Shown: positions 1-12,600 of the stretch, piece after piece | Position numbering within the stretch: position 1 is the stretch's first letter | How the letters are laid out: the number at the start of each line of letters is the position of its first letter | Assembly (NCBI GenBank): GCA_002633005.1 | Contig: NMRA01000489.1 | Span: 244,710-308,709 of the forward strand | Reading direction: 5' to 3' | Length of the DNA stretch: 64,000 nucleotides | From: Phoronis australis | Lineage: Eukaryota > Animalia > Phoronida | Translations under genes and position numbers: made by a program | Notes under the pieces: generated by a model | The model's database searches: none | Told to the model about the DNA's origin: nothing | What the model saw: the letters and a program-made list of their open reading frames with translations, nothing else

Positions 1-455
1 GCCGATATTTCAAGTGAGATAGCGCAGTTTTGAAAAGATTCCGTCTCTTGCCGAGAACGGTTTTTGAGCATCGGCAATGCAAGCCGAATATTTCATATTG
101 AGAAAGCACATCTTTGAAAAGAAGAACCAACACTTGTTGGGAACGGTCTTTGTGCGTCGACGACGCACATTTCTTATTGGGAAAGCCAGATTTTCAAAAA
201 TTAATCGCTCAGACCATTTGAGTCTCATTTACCTGCAATTATACTGCTATCAAATGACCGAGCCAGTATTGTTGATACTACGACCGCTCATCGAAATAAT
301 GTACACCCACGAAATTTGGACACTAGCGGAAACCCAAATTTGGAGGTCCGCCAAATTCGGACACCACAAAATGATATTTCGCGAGATTCGTCCAAGAATG
401 ATTTTTTTTATTGGAATTAATTTTCAGTGTCCGAAAATCACGCGACTTTACCGTA
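1..455. mobile_element. Right end of a non-autonomous TA-flanked DNA transposon (Tc1/mariner-like end)
   Basis: CpG-rich block ending gtccgaaaatcacgcgactttaccgta (429-455). Its exact reverse complement occurs at 43020-43046. Confidence 0.6.
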
Positions 456-559
456 AGTGCTCGTATGATAATAGTTAGTATCAGATTTTTTAGTTAACTT
501 AAAATTGCTAAAACTCAAGTCCAACATTTTGACGTTGTTTGGATTGTGTTGTGTTTCAG

Positions 560-712
560 GCGTCTATAATTGCGAATGAGTCGTGTCGTTACATACTATG
601 GAACCGAGCCAACCTTTCCTATCTGCTCGTGAAGGAGACTAACCTAGCACACATTATGGGCACACTTCTAGCTAGAGACATCACCACCAAATTGTACGCT
701 CTCAATGATAAG
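560..712 (+). CDS. POPDC2/3-like internal exon (end of Popeye domain)
   Basis: tttcag|GCG...GATAAG|gtaggt, 153 nt: ASIIANESCRYILWNRANLSYLLVKETNLAHIMGTLLARDITTKLYALNDK. Matches the recalled Popeye pattern VTI.A...CR.L.W.R..L..L......L...F..L.G.DI..KLY.LN. Confidence 0.92.
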
Positions 713-3052
713 GTAGGTGTATTGACTGGCGGGTGGCGAGGCATTTTACAATTTACTTGAAGCCGAGATGGCAGGTGTGAATCTGGTAGGGAAGTTCATA
801 GGGGGTTGGACCCCCTACTGCGACAAAACTGTTATTTTTTAATTTTTCATTTTTCAAATGCTCACTGTATTCCCAAAAATATTCCAAAAAGTGTGTTTGT
901 TGACTTCATGACAGCCATATAAAGCATTCGAGTAAATTGTCTACTTGTTTACTCTTGTTGAAAAATTTTATGCAAAAAAATTTTGCTGCTTCTCTGTACT
1001 GTCTTCTAATTTAAAGAAATGAATGAACAATGTGGAAGTTTCATTGTCATTTTCTAGTGATGGTTAAGTCTGAAAAAGCATGCGACATCAACACGTGAAC
1101 TTTTTCTCCATTATTGCCACTTTCATTTCATTGGAATGTGGTACTTTAATTGAATGCTTTCAAGTTAGCTCTCACAGTGACGTCATTACTAATGTTTACT
1201 TAAAACTTAACGGCCCGGGGTCTAATATTTTTTCATAAAACCAAACTCAAAATTAGTTTTGGATTTATAGATTCTGCTCTTTTGTGTGACCTGAAGATAA
1301 GTGTGTCATTATTCTGTGCTCGAGTACATACTAGCCTTAGTGGTTGGCTTTCAAATTCTAATTTGCCCTAGATGATCTCAGAATACAGGCTGAAAGTTCA
1401 AGTTTGAACTCAAAATTTAATGTATTTACAAAAAAATCACGAGTTTTCACTTGAGTATATAACACGAATGTAGGGGTCACCAAGTGTAAATCTGGAGTAG
1501 AAACTGACATGCATAAACCACAATGCACTCGAGCACAGACTAATAGCTACTTGTCTTGAGTTTGCATAAAAAAGAACAATATTAGTGTTGCATATCAGCA
1601 AAAGAATTGTTTAACTACGAAAACATGTCTGAAACTAGTTTGGACATCTTCACCAACAAATATTGATTACAGTGAAAACGGAATTCTGTTTTTAAATTCT
1701 TGCAAGAGTACTGTCATCGTTTTAGAATCTCAGATGTTCCCTGTAGTGGAAATGTGTGGAAATGTTTGACATGATCAGAACTCCTCGTTGCTTTGGTAGT
1801 CATTTGTGGTGCAATATTTGTTAGCGCATATCATTGGTTTTGATCATTTGTTAAAAACTGGTTGCAGTGAGTAAAGGTCTGCATTCCACTACCTCAAGTC
1901 ATAGAACTGTGTACTTCTAGGCATTCAGTGGACAGGGCTGTAGGCGAGACATCCGACTACCAGCAGTCGCTGAGTTCCTGTCGGGAGTTCATGGAAAACA
2001 TGCCAATGTAACTCGTTGTAGCTCTGCTCGAACTGTCATAGACACTCTGTCAGAATCAGGATCAACTGTAAGAGGTAAGGCTCCACCCAGGCAAAGTTTT
2101 TAACCATGGATGGGATGGCAAAAGAGAATTTTCAGATGTATCTAACTACCACTGTGCCCCCTAGTGGTATTTTTACTTTTTACATTAATTTTGTCTCTGT
2201 ATCTTCAGAGTTCCTTTATGGATTTTCAGGAAATTTGACAAATAGAAATCTATTGAGGCAATAACTGCCCCTTATGGTTTTTGGATAGATTTGAAGTAAT
2301 GATTCTGTGCCATCTGACTCAAGTTGTGTGAAAGGGAATTGATGCCTTTACTTCGTCTGCCACCCACATAATGTTCTATATCCTAGCCAATGAATCATAA
2401 TTAGGCCACGCATGTGCTGCCACCAGTTGATATTTTGGATGGATTCACCTACCACTACAGCTCCTCTCGTTGGCCATTTTAGTTTTGCACTAGGTGTTCC
2501 TTCTCCTGCCGCTATTGTGGCCTGGTTATGTCTGATGCAATTCTGGCAGCAGACTGACTGCAGTCTTTACGCAGATTTTGTGGTGTTAGTCAATTTTGTG
2601 ACTGATTCGATCATAGTTAGTAGCTTTGTCTCCCCGTTTCTCATTTTAATTTCTTTGTGTGATGAAACATCTTTTGTTCTGCAACTGCACAAATTTTACA
2701 GGTAAATTTAAAAAACTACTGTACAACAATACACTGACAATTGATAGTGATTACCATATTTTGCTGGCTTACATCTTTGTGTTTCTCTTCACCTGAACTG
2801 CACAGACTTGTCTTGTTAACCTTCATCTCAAACTGATACCTGTTTAGTACTCTTTCATACATCTGCTTATCTGCACCCGTATTGTCCTTCCTTTAAGGCC
2901 TGTCATGTGACCCACCCGTCTCACATCAGACCCATGTGGAGGAGGACGAGTTCAATGACAGTACCAGCCACCACTGTCAAAGTTCGTCACGTGATGACTT
3001 CACGAGGATTTCAAGATGGGATTCTAAGACGAACCTCGTGTCATCCAGTTGA
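560..3052 (+). CDS. POPDC3: Popeye-domain protein, POPDC2/3-like, 5'-partial gene model join(<560..712,1921..2074,2898..3052)
   Basis: Three exons with AG/GT boundaries and consistent phases (0, 0, 1). They translate to the C-terminal Popeye domain followed by the DIRLP motif typical of POPDC2/3. Earlier exons lie upstream of the window. Orthology is inferred from motifs only. Confidence 0.8.
1270..1580. repeat. Degenerate fold-back/MITE-like inverted repeat in an intron
   Basis: attattctgtgctcgagtac (1308-1327) is near-complementary to gcactcgagcacagactaat (1525-1544), with weaker pairing outward. Confidence 0.45.
1921..2074 (+). CDS. POPDC2/3-like exon with DIRLP motif (not in ORF track)
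   Basis: ttctag|GCA...GTAAGAG|gtaagg, 154 nt, open: AFSGQGCRRDIRLPAVAEFLSGVHGKHANVTRCSSARTVIDTLSESGSTVR. DIRLP follows KLYxLN at the spacing seen in POPDC2/3. Confidence 0.85.
2898..3052 (+). CDS. POPDC2/3-like probable terminal coding exon
   Basis: Pyrimidine tract then cctttaag|GC. The phase-1 join reads (G)LSCDPPVSHQTHVEEDEFNDSTSHHCQSSSRDDFTRISRWDSKTNLVSSS to TGA at 3050-3052. No conserved motif, so it rests on splice signal and phase. Confidence 0.65.
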
Positions 3053-4479
3053 GTGCATCCCATACTTAAAATGTAACCATGGACTGTAGCACAGGGACTG
3101 CCAGTTTGGTATTTTGTATGACACACCTGTGTCAAGGTGATACTTATTTCTGCATAAGTAGACACTCTAACGCTTAACAACAGTTTGGAAAATTAATGTT
3201 GCAGTCATTGCTGGTCCAATACACACCTAATACCAGCAGAAATCAATAGAAATGAGAGTGGTGCGTGTGTTGTTGCTGACGCTAAATTGTGTGGCGCTAA
3301 AGCGACTGTCTGGTAATGCTTCTAGTAGAATTGTGCAACTCGCAATTCGATGTCAAAGTAACCCAAAAGAAGAAAAGTATCACCTGTTGTGAGTACTGTG
3401 ACTATTACTCCCTCTTACTGTCTATGAACGAACCCACCACATCTCTTTAGTGCACAGTGTTATGTAATTCAGACTAACCCACTAATTTGATAGGTGATTA
3501 CAGAGGATTATGTTAGATGTCTGATGGGATTTCCTACTTAACACAACTTGATTCTTCTGTTGCAATACTGTTGTTGGCCTGGATTTAACTTCACATTGCT
3601 ATTTCACACAATTACTCTGCCTTTGGCTTGTAAATCACCCAGCTGTTAGTGTGGGAATTGGAAAGACATTTTCAAGCTAACACAAGTTTGTTCTTATCTG
3701 ATTCAATGCCACCATCCCCAATTCAGAGAAAAATTAAGTCTAGTATAAAGACACTTTGATGGAATGGTTGATTATTATTCAAATCATTAGTCATTACAAT
3801 TGATTAGAAAAAACTGACTTGTTACCCTTCGGATTGAAAATTAGACATGTAGAACTTGTTAGTAGCTAAAATTTATATTTCCAAAATTCTTGTCCAATAT
3901 TAAAAATTTCATGACCATACATCTGCTAACAAGCAACATTGTTTGACAATGTATTCAGGCTTTTTACTACACCTGTGTGGGTTGATGATAGGTATTTAAT
4001 GATTATGTGAACAATGTGAGCACTGGTCACTTAAGAGTTAAGTTGCTGAAAATGTGAACCCAGCATAAAAATTGGTTTATTCTGAGCACATCTGCCTCCT
4101 GCTTACAAACACTGTGTTCCTGTGTGTACACTGTGAGACTATAATCACCATGATATAAATTTCACATTATTTATATGTCTGTCACTAATCTCATAAATAA
4201 CATAAAACATACATAATATTGATGTACTATAATTTGTATTATGTGAAAATGTGACATGTTGCCTTCATGCAAAATGTCACTAGGTGATTGGTATTTTGGG
4301 GGCAGAAAGCTTGCAATAAATTGCGACATCGTGTTTGTCAAAGATGGTGGTATTTGTTATTTTGTTGCATGATACTGAGAAATATTATCATCTTGGTTAT
4401 TGATTGCTTTGGAGCTCAGTAGTAGTCTGGTAGACCACATAGGGGTGTTAAAACTTGTGAATGTCTTTAACAATATATT

Positions 4480-4940
4480 AAGCAAGGTGATCTTACAAGT
4501 TGAACATCATGAACAGTGAGAACATGCTCAGTGATTTGAACAATGTTGAATATGGTGGATTTTAAGAACATGTTGAAAATATGAGTATGGGAATTTATTT
4601 GAACATGTTGAATAGACTGGGCTATGTTCACATCCATAGCTCTGTTAGTATGATGAACAAAATTGAATATGGACATGATGAACAAAGTGATCGTGCTGAG
4701 GTATATGAATTTAGTAAATGCTATCATGCTGGACGTAGTGAACACGATTAACAAAGTCATGGTGGTGAGCTATATGAACACGGTGAACAAAGTGGTCATG
4801 TTCAGCTTTTTTGAACATTGTGAACGAAGTGATCATGCTGAGCTCCATGAAGATTGTGAAATGCAGTGATCATGCTTACCTAAATGAGCACAGTAAATAA
4901 AGTGGTCATGGCGTACTATCTGAACATAGTGAATGCAGTG
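4480..4940. repeat. Degenerate minisatellite (~36 bp, gtgaacaaagtggtcatgctgagctatatgaacac-like)
   Basis: Recurring tgaaca...gtg(a/g)tcatg motifs, which also explain the periodic ORFs at 4467-4760 and 4663-4869. Confidence 0.6.
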
Positions 4941-7900
4941 GGTAATTTTAGGTTTCTGTGTTTCCCTATGTATCTTGGGAGTTTTTTAAGGGAGACAACT
5001 CCCATTTTCGAGTTGATTTAGTGTACTCTGCACTTCCCTGGGGCCGTTTTTATGGTATCCCCTACTCACAATTTTTTATTTGTGGATCTTTGTAAAATTT
5101 GGTTAAATGTATTTCCTCCGAATGTGTCAGTGGATGACAACTTTTTTGACGGATCGAACTACCGATGCTTCCTAGTGGCAATTTTATTATTTATGTTTCT
5201 TTTATATTGAATGTGATAAAACTTACTGAAATTTCTGGTAAGTGGAAATGGTTGTGCAATATTTCAAGTCTAGCTATTTAGTGAATGAAAGACTTATTGA
5301 AAGGTGATGTAGTTTCTGCCATCTTATTGTAAATATTGCCTGAAGTGATCCCAGTGTTTTTTCCGACAATTTTTACTAGGAAATAATAGGGACACAAATT
5401 GGCTTGGACTCTAGAGTTCCTCTAAATTTTGCAGGATTAATTCCAAGGAAAAATATTCATGGCCTGATAGTCTTTAACAATAAAATTCCATGCCACACTG
5501 CTCTGACCAGTGCCATTATGGTAATCATGCCCTAACAGGTCCTATCAATCACAGATGTCTGACAGGACATTTTCAGGGCCTGTCGATAAGGGCTACAGAA
5601 CTTGCTGGGATTCTGGAGCACAATTGATATTGTAATTACTACTGTTTGCTGTTGTTATTTATTATCTTATTTCGGTAAACTGTGGTTTTATATGTAATAA
5701 GCCTACCTATTCTGTTCAATTTGGTTCTTGAGATTATTGCTGTTTTTAAGTATGTTAATCTTTGGCTGTGATCCATAACGCAAGACACTTGTGAGAAATC
5801 TTTGCCTATTTGATACTAATTAGAAACCATGAATTTACTCCCATAAGTCAACTTTCTAGCCTCGTCGCCCAATCACTTTGATGGTGCCTATTTTGCTAGT
5901 GTACAGGAGTAAACTCTCGAGTGTTCTCACAAAATACGGCAATGTTTCACTTATTTAGCTCACAATGTAGCCACCAAGTGAAGTTCTGCTTCATTAAAAT
6001 TTTCTGAAAATTTATTACAAACTAAAAAAAATTATTCTTTTTGCAGCACGTTTTGTACTTTGTAGATGTCAAAGAGCGACGTTTGGTAAAGTTTCTATTA
6101 TTTGCAGCAAATTATCGGTCATTCAAAAATGGAAAAACAGCAATGTTGGCAATTGTTCTTGTGCATAATAAGTGGAGAATGGCTGCAGTCTTCTTTCACT
6201 CGATCTTGTGTAACCTTGACTAAGTCACAATAACCTTGTTCTATGGAATACACCCAAGTACGCGGGCTATTATTGTATTAATTGTTTTAATTATGCAAGT
6301 CTGGCAATAAAAGTCAAAATTAAATAACCTCTTTTTCAATGAAGTGGCATTCACCGCTTTTAAGATTTGAAGTATGAAAACACTAAGTGTTGTGCTTTTT
6401 CAGCAGATCTGATCATTTTTTCCAAAATAATCACATCAGCTGAGCCTCATTCAGATGTCAGATCAAATCACATGGCTTTGGTACTGTGGTGGCATGGTTG
6501 TCCTCAGAAGATGTTTTGCACTGCAGTGACACATACAATGCACTATAGTTAAGCTAGTGTGTTCCATGGCAGATCTGTTGATGAAAAACTGTTTTCATGT
6601 GATTAGACAGCCACAGACCGCTAATAATTAATCAACTGCTGTTTATCATTAAGGTCTCAGACCTGCAGACAATGCCTGTACCTAATTCACTCCAAGGTTC
6701 AGCTGAATGTCAGATATTTTGAGTGCATGGGCTGAAATGGCAGAGTGAATCGAGTACAACCTATGTAGTGAAACATATAGTTTTACAGTACATTTAGTGA
6801 ATCACACACTAAGAGACACAACAACCAGCTCCATACTGCAGATAACTAAGCTGACTTTTTTAATGATGACATCAGGTGTGGGATTGTATATTTATAGGTT
6901 TGCCCTCTACTTGATCGTTGGCACATGTTTACAGCTTTGATTTACAAAGAACTTTGGTGGGATTTGGGCAAACACTACACAAAAAACAGAACCTGATTGG
7001 TGAGTTGGCGCTGAGTGAACACAGTTTGATAATGGGATGTATTAATTGAGGAATAATATTGTGTTTGTTCATCCCAAAGTGTGTAAAACTGGTTAGTATT
7101 TGAGATTAAAATGATTCTTAAACTTGTTTTGGCTTGTTCACAAATATTAACTTCTAGGTTAAACAAAATAATGTTCTGCAACAGTTGTCATCCCTTAAGT
7201 TTGGAGCAAGTTTGAAAACTCTTCAAGGTTTGCTAATTTAGCAGATCTACTGCTACAGGAAAATGCCACCCTAGAGATACAGGATCCACCTGGTGACAAA
7301 ATGAGAAAGCATTTTAGCAACATAAATAGTACTAAGTGTAAAAAGAGCAGACAACTTTGAAGTGAAATCTTTGAAGTAGGGTCTCCTTAAAGTTATCTAA
7401 GCCACTTTTGCCAGGTCTGCTTATTTAGCCAAATATTTACAAAACTTGGTTTTAACTCTGCAAAATTAAAGTATTTTCTGAAAGTAGAAAGAAGGTAGAA
7501 TTCGATTTGGACTTTTTAGCAATCCGTTTTCTGTAGCTTGGTCATGTGGCCACGTCTTTTTAGTAAAATTTAGCACAAAAGGAAAGTAGGTTCAATGCCC
7601 TAACAAATTTTATTTGATATAAAATGTTGCCACAATCTGGGAATACAGTGTTATTTTGTAATCATCAACTACTGCTGGTTAATATGGCTAGTCACAACAT
7701 TGGGCCAAAATTTGGAAGCATACATCAATGGTGTGATTGATTACTTGTCGCATTTCTGTGACAACTGTGCACTGATGGTGTTAGATAGCTTTTAGCAAAA
7801 TTACTAGATTCATTTCATGTGTGATATTTACAAGGATCAGTAATTAATCTAAAATTAATATCTGACTGAGAGACACTCAAACACAGGTTTATCCTTGAAC

Positions 7901-8789
7901 TGTTGATGATATCATGTTAATGACTCCTCTCGCCTGTGGTCTAGTAGTTTGTAATCAAACGTCAACTGGAGGTGAGCAGCTAGACTTGTCTTTAAGACTC
8001 TTTTTGTAAAGTAGGTGACTGTACGTATATTTTATTTGTAGATAGAATTAATACTCATGGCTCATAGAGTGGCCAAAACATTAACAGTTAGTTTGTTTCT
8101 TCACCACCCAAATAGCTTTTAGGCGAAAATTGATAGCAAAACATAGGTATTAGTTGCATGCAGGGTCCTGTATTTTGAGAACGAGTTCATTGAATAACGG
8201 GCATCAAATTGGTTCTTGACCCCTGTAAGTGTAAATTGCCAAAACTCATTTAATCTCTTGGACGGAACCATTGTCAGTGCAAATGCTACACACACAAATT
8301 TTGCAAAATGTTGTTTTTGCTTTCAATTTTTACTTTAATTGGTTTTCTTCTATTTTATCATCTTTGTTATGCAAATAGTTTACATGACTTGTGCTACTTA
8401 TGGTCATACTGTAATTTTATTTTCAGTGAATTTTTACTAACCTGTTTAAATATTTTTCCGATCCTATGAAATTATTAGGTGTTTAATTTTATTTTGCATT
8501 GTACCGTAATCGTTCGGGTTAACGCCCATGCTTTCATATCCAGTGATTGGCCCATTGTTGGTGTTTTTTGGTTGAAAAACTGACTTTCAATGGATTAATT
8601 GAACTGAGTGAGCTGAATTGAAGAATTTTGCCATATTTACTCCTGAGTTCCCCACACTTTACCATCAGTGAGAGATATTGATCATCGACATGAGACATTT
8701 CCTTAAGATTTTAGGCACAGCGTTCTTGTGTTTTGTTTTATTATGGGTTGCTTTTGTGCACAAAATAAAATTTGAAATAAGCATATCAT

Positions 8790-9261
8790 CAGTTATTTCA
8801 ATGTTCCTCACTTGGTTTTTATCTCAAGATAACACAGCATAAATTGAAATCGTTGTCATTGCATTTGCAAAACGACGATTGTTCTCTTGTATTTAAGTAG
8901 TGCAAGGTTTCAAGTTTACTTTTTGTTACAGATAAGATTCTGTTCTCTCTAAAATCCCATGTAGTGTATAAATTTGATTGTAGTCGTTTTGAAGCAACTT
9001 ACGTAATGGTGAGACAACTCGCCACTTGACTACAAAAGGATGAAGGAAAACCTAGTTAGTGATAAGAATTCACACATCTTTAGACACTTTGAAAACAATG
9101 CTGTTTGTACAGAGGCTGCTGAGGAACACAGCTTTACGACTATTGACAGCGATACTACTCATTATCGCATAAAACTGTGTGATGCCATTCACATTAATTG
9201 TTCTGAAATGCCATCACTCAATGCACATGTTTCCCATGAGTTGTTGACACTGTTACTCTGA
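8790..9261 (+). mobile_element. Penelope-like retroelement remnant (GIY-YIG endonuclease end), frameshifted
   Basis: KSHVVYKFDCSRFEATY/GETTRHLTT/MKENLVSDKNSHIFRH...FTTID...YRIKLCDAIHI...PSLNAHV matches the recalled PLE pattern VVY..C....Y.GET.R.L..R..EH...S....H...E...I...P.LN. Confidence 0.8.
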
Positions 9262-9279
9262 ATTCTGATTCGCCGTGAT

Positions 9280-9625
9280 CAATTTTTCTAGATAAAATAA
9301 TACATATTGAATTAAAACTCAGAATTTGAGAATCTTTCAATTTATATTTTGCCTTGAGCACCTCCCCCGATAAAAGCTTATTTTCAGCATCAAGAAAGTC
9401 ATTGATGAAACAGCCCATTCTTAGCAAACTCTTTATAATATAGCATGGGCGGCGTTGCACTGTGGTGCACCACCTATAGACCATGGGCCCCGTAGCACTG
9501 TAAAAAAATGGGGGCTATAATCCCCCAGCCCCCTATGGTGTGCCGCCCATGTATAGTGACTTATTATTAAGTGTTACATCTCTGTTATGCCATATAATCT
9601 GATCACAAACAGGTACCGTAAAAAC
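9280..9625 (-). mobile_element. L1/Tx1-type LINE ORF2 C-terminal remnant, interrupted by a MITE
   Basis: After removing 9444-9551 and one TSD: DQIIWHNRDVTLNNKSLYYKEFAKNG/FINDFLDAENKLLSGEVLKAKYKLK, resembling the recalled IWNN..I..NK......GI..I.DL.......F..KY pattern. Confidence 0.7.
9444..9551. mobile_element. 108-bp GC-rich MITE, 10-bp TIR, 5-bp TSD
   Basis: CATGGGCGGC (9444-9453) / GCCGCCCATG (9542-9551), TATAG on both sides (9439-9443, 9552-9556). Confidence 0.85.
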
Positions 9626-12600
9626 TAAAATACTGCAGCATGACAATCATCACAAGAACTATTCTGAATTGTACTCACCTGCTATGCAATACATGCAGAC
9701 AGGTATTTTCAGTTGATAGCTCAAGATGGGGGGGTTCTGCGATGCAATGCTACGCTCCCCTTGAGATGCTGTTACACTGCTGTGTTTGTCTGCTAATTTT
9801 ATCAGGTAATTTTATTGACTTTGGCACTATGACTTAATGGTATCCTTAAGGTTGTCCAGTGACTGTCCAAATGGACACTACAACTCAAATTAAGACACCC
9901 CAGCTAAAACACCCTACGGTATCTAGCAATTGGACGCTCAAGTAAAGGCAGTTTAAGCTTGGCTTCCTTTCAACTTGCCACTAGCTTCAGCGGTGTGTGC
10001 TCATTGGTCTGTGCAGAATAGAAAAAGTTGATGTAGATATGATTTAAGATGTGGGAAAACTTTGAAGAACCAAATCACCACAGTAGCTTACACAGCACAT
10101 TGGAACAGCAATTTGACTTTAGGTCATAAAAGTGTGGTCACATATTGGTCATGGAATTTGTCCTGAAAAATTGGGGAACTCATTTAAGATGCCCTGGTTG
10201 TTTTTGTAATTTTGGATGAATCTCTGTTTCAACCTCTAGTGTATAGTCATTTTCATGCAAGACAAAAATACAGCCAAGCTCCTGACTAAATATTGACTTA
10301 GTAGTTGTTAAGTCACATGATAGGTGTCTCATCAGCGCCTCACATTTACTATGAACTTAACTCCAGTGTCCTCCATGCAGACAGTTAGATTACAAAAATG
10401 TGATGCCGTTACCCAGTGGACATCAGCATGGAGTTAGAAGTAAAAGAACATTGGTGTGATGAGGGACCAATCAGTTGCTCGATGTCATTTTTATGATCAA
10501 TCATGATCCAGCCGGGGCGTCTAGTCTCTCCTAGGTACTAGTCTGAACTTAGTGGCAGTGGTTTAGCTTCACTATGCTGAGTTTTCGATTACCAAAGCGC
10601 TTTTGGTTTTCAAAACATTAGCACCCTTATTTGATCTTGAATTATTGTCAAATGAGCGGGCAACTCAAGTCACAGACAACGAATGACTATATGCGTCATT
10701 TTCGAATTTGCAAATTTAGAGTTGGCCTTTAAACTAAGTAACTCAGTTTTCTTGAGTTGCAGATGACTTATGTGTTTTTGTTGGTAGAGTCATTATTAGA
10801 TTTTATCAGAGTAAAAAGCCTAACTTGATTTTTTTGTTTTTAGCCAGTGAAGCAGTTGGAAACATAACTTTAATTGTTACACCCTTGGTCGAAATTTCAG
10901 CTAAATTTTGATTAGCTGCTTTTGAGTGTTTGTTGGCCAAACTACTTCAAGAATCATCAAAAATTTGGTGGTGTGTTCACATTCAGCAGAGAATATGAGC
11001 GTCATTAATTTTCAGACAAATCTCTCGTGACGTCCCTAAAGTGGCAATTTTGTTTGCATCAATACTTCATGGATCTTTTATGATATTTGGCAAGTGTAAT
11101 CATATTGAGCAGAAATTCCTGGCTGCGGTTCATTTAAGGACAGTTCCGACTACCGTGGCACCTCACAGTGACAGTTCTGTTTTTTATGCCTGCCTCAATA
11201 CCCACCGAATTCATAAATGGATCTTCATAAAAAGATCATGGCTAGTGTTGATTTTTAGATGGTTCTAACTTCTGTGGTGCCCCCTTGTGGCAATGGGAGT
11301 CATCTTGCTTTTAAATTTGCATTTGTCAGAAGTTTTGAAATAGGTCCTGTTGAACTTGTATTTTTCCACAATTGTGTTATTGTCTGAGTTGGAGCTCCCA
11401 CACTTGGCTATTCAAAACCCATAGGGGGTAATAAAACAATTATCTTGTTAGCCAGGACCATAAACCCCAAGCTGTATTTACTTACACAGCCACTTGGGAC
11501 AGTTGTGTGTAAAGAGCAGGGAGCAGAAAAAACTCCTTTCACTAATCTTGCATGTCAATTTCAAAAGACCTGTTGTGTATGAACTACACACATGATTTAC
11601 AATTGTCCACAAAATTCTAACCTACAGTTTGCATTAGTTATTTGCATAAAACAAAAGTGTTTCTGGGTTATTTAGGAAACGTAACAGCTCTGGGATTTCA
11701 TCTTGAACACTTTTATCAAATGAAATTTTGTATTTGTTATTGTTGCTATGAATGTGCCTTTCATTTTTGTAAAGCAATCATTGGGGTCAGGTTAACAAAT
11801 TAATGACCGATTTAGTAAAAAATCAAACTGTACTTGTTATGTATTCTCACAACCAAGTTAATATCTATAGTTTTGGAGTTATTTTGCTTAATTCACAAAC
11901 TTATAGACTAGGGGCCTGTTAACTGACTTAAGTTCATTTTTTACTTAAGTTTAAGATTTGTCTTAAGTTCCAAAGTTTGAAAATTCCACATTCGGTAATT
12001 ATTCAAAATTAAGACAAAACTTATGTCAAACACTTAAGTCAAACTTGAGATCTCTTTCTTGGATTGGTTTTGAGACAAATTTAACTTTTATTTTAAAATT
12101 TACTAAAATTTAAGATTTGTCTTAGCTAAGTCAGTTTTGTTGGAACGGGTCGCTGGTCCCACATAACCTTTAAGAGCCATGAATATGCTGTTGTCATCTT
12201 TGTGGCATTATTATTGATCAAGATGCTGACAATGACCACTAAATGTGATTATTGGGGTCAGTATAACTGCACAGACCCTTGGAGGCTTATATCAGTCCTG
12301 GTACCAGCTGCAGCCATGCTGTACAAACATGGGGTGTGATCTAATGTCTGATGTCAGCAATCTTTCATGATGAGTATTTGAGGGTGTCTTCCATAACAGA
12401 CTTCAAGAAGTGTCTGTTTTTCAACCCAGTTAGGTGCAAATTAACCCATTTGTAATAAGTGGATACATGTCTATGTGAAAGTATACTAATTCAGTCAGAT
12501 TGTTGTTAATCCTTTTGAAATAGTAACTTTTCATAATTTAATGCTTTGATGCTTATGATACAAAAGCTGATCAATGAGAGTGTTCCTGTATCTGAGCTTT

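Noticed and set aside
77-478. 133-aa ORF at the window start
   Set aside because: It lies inside a transposon end within a Popdc intron and has no recognisable domain.
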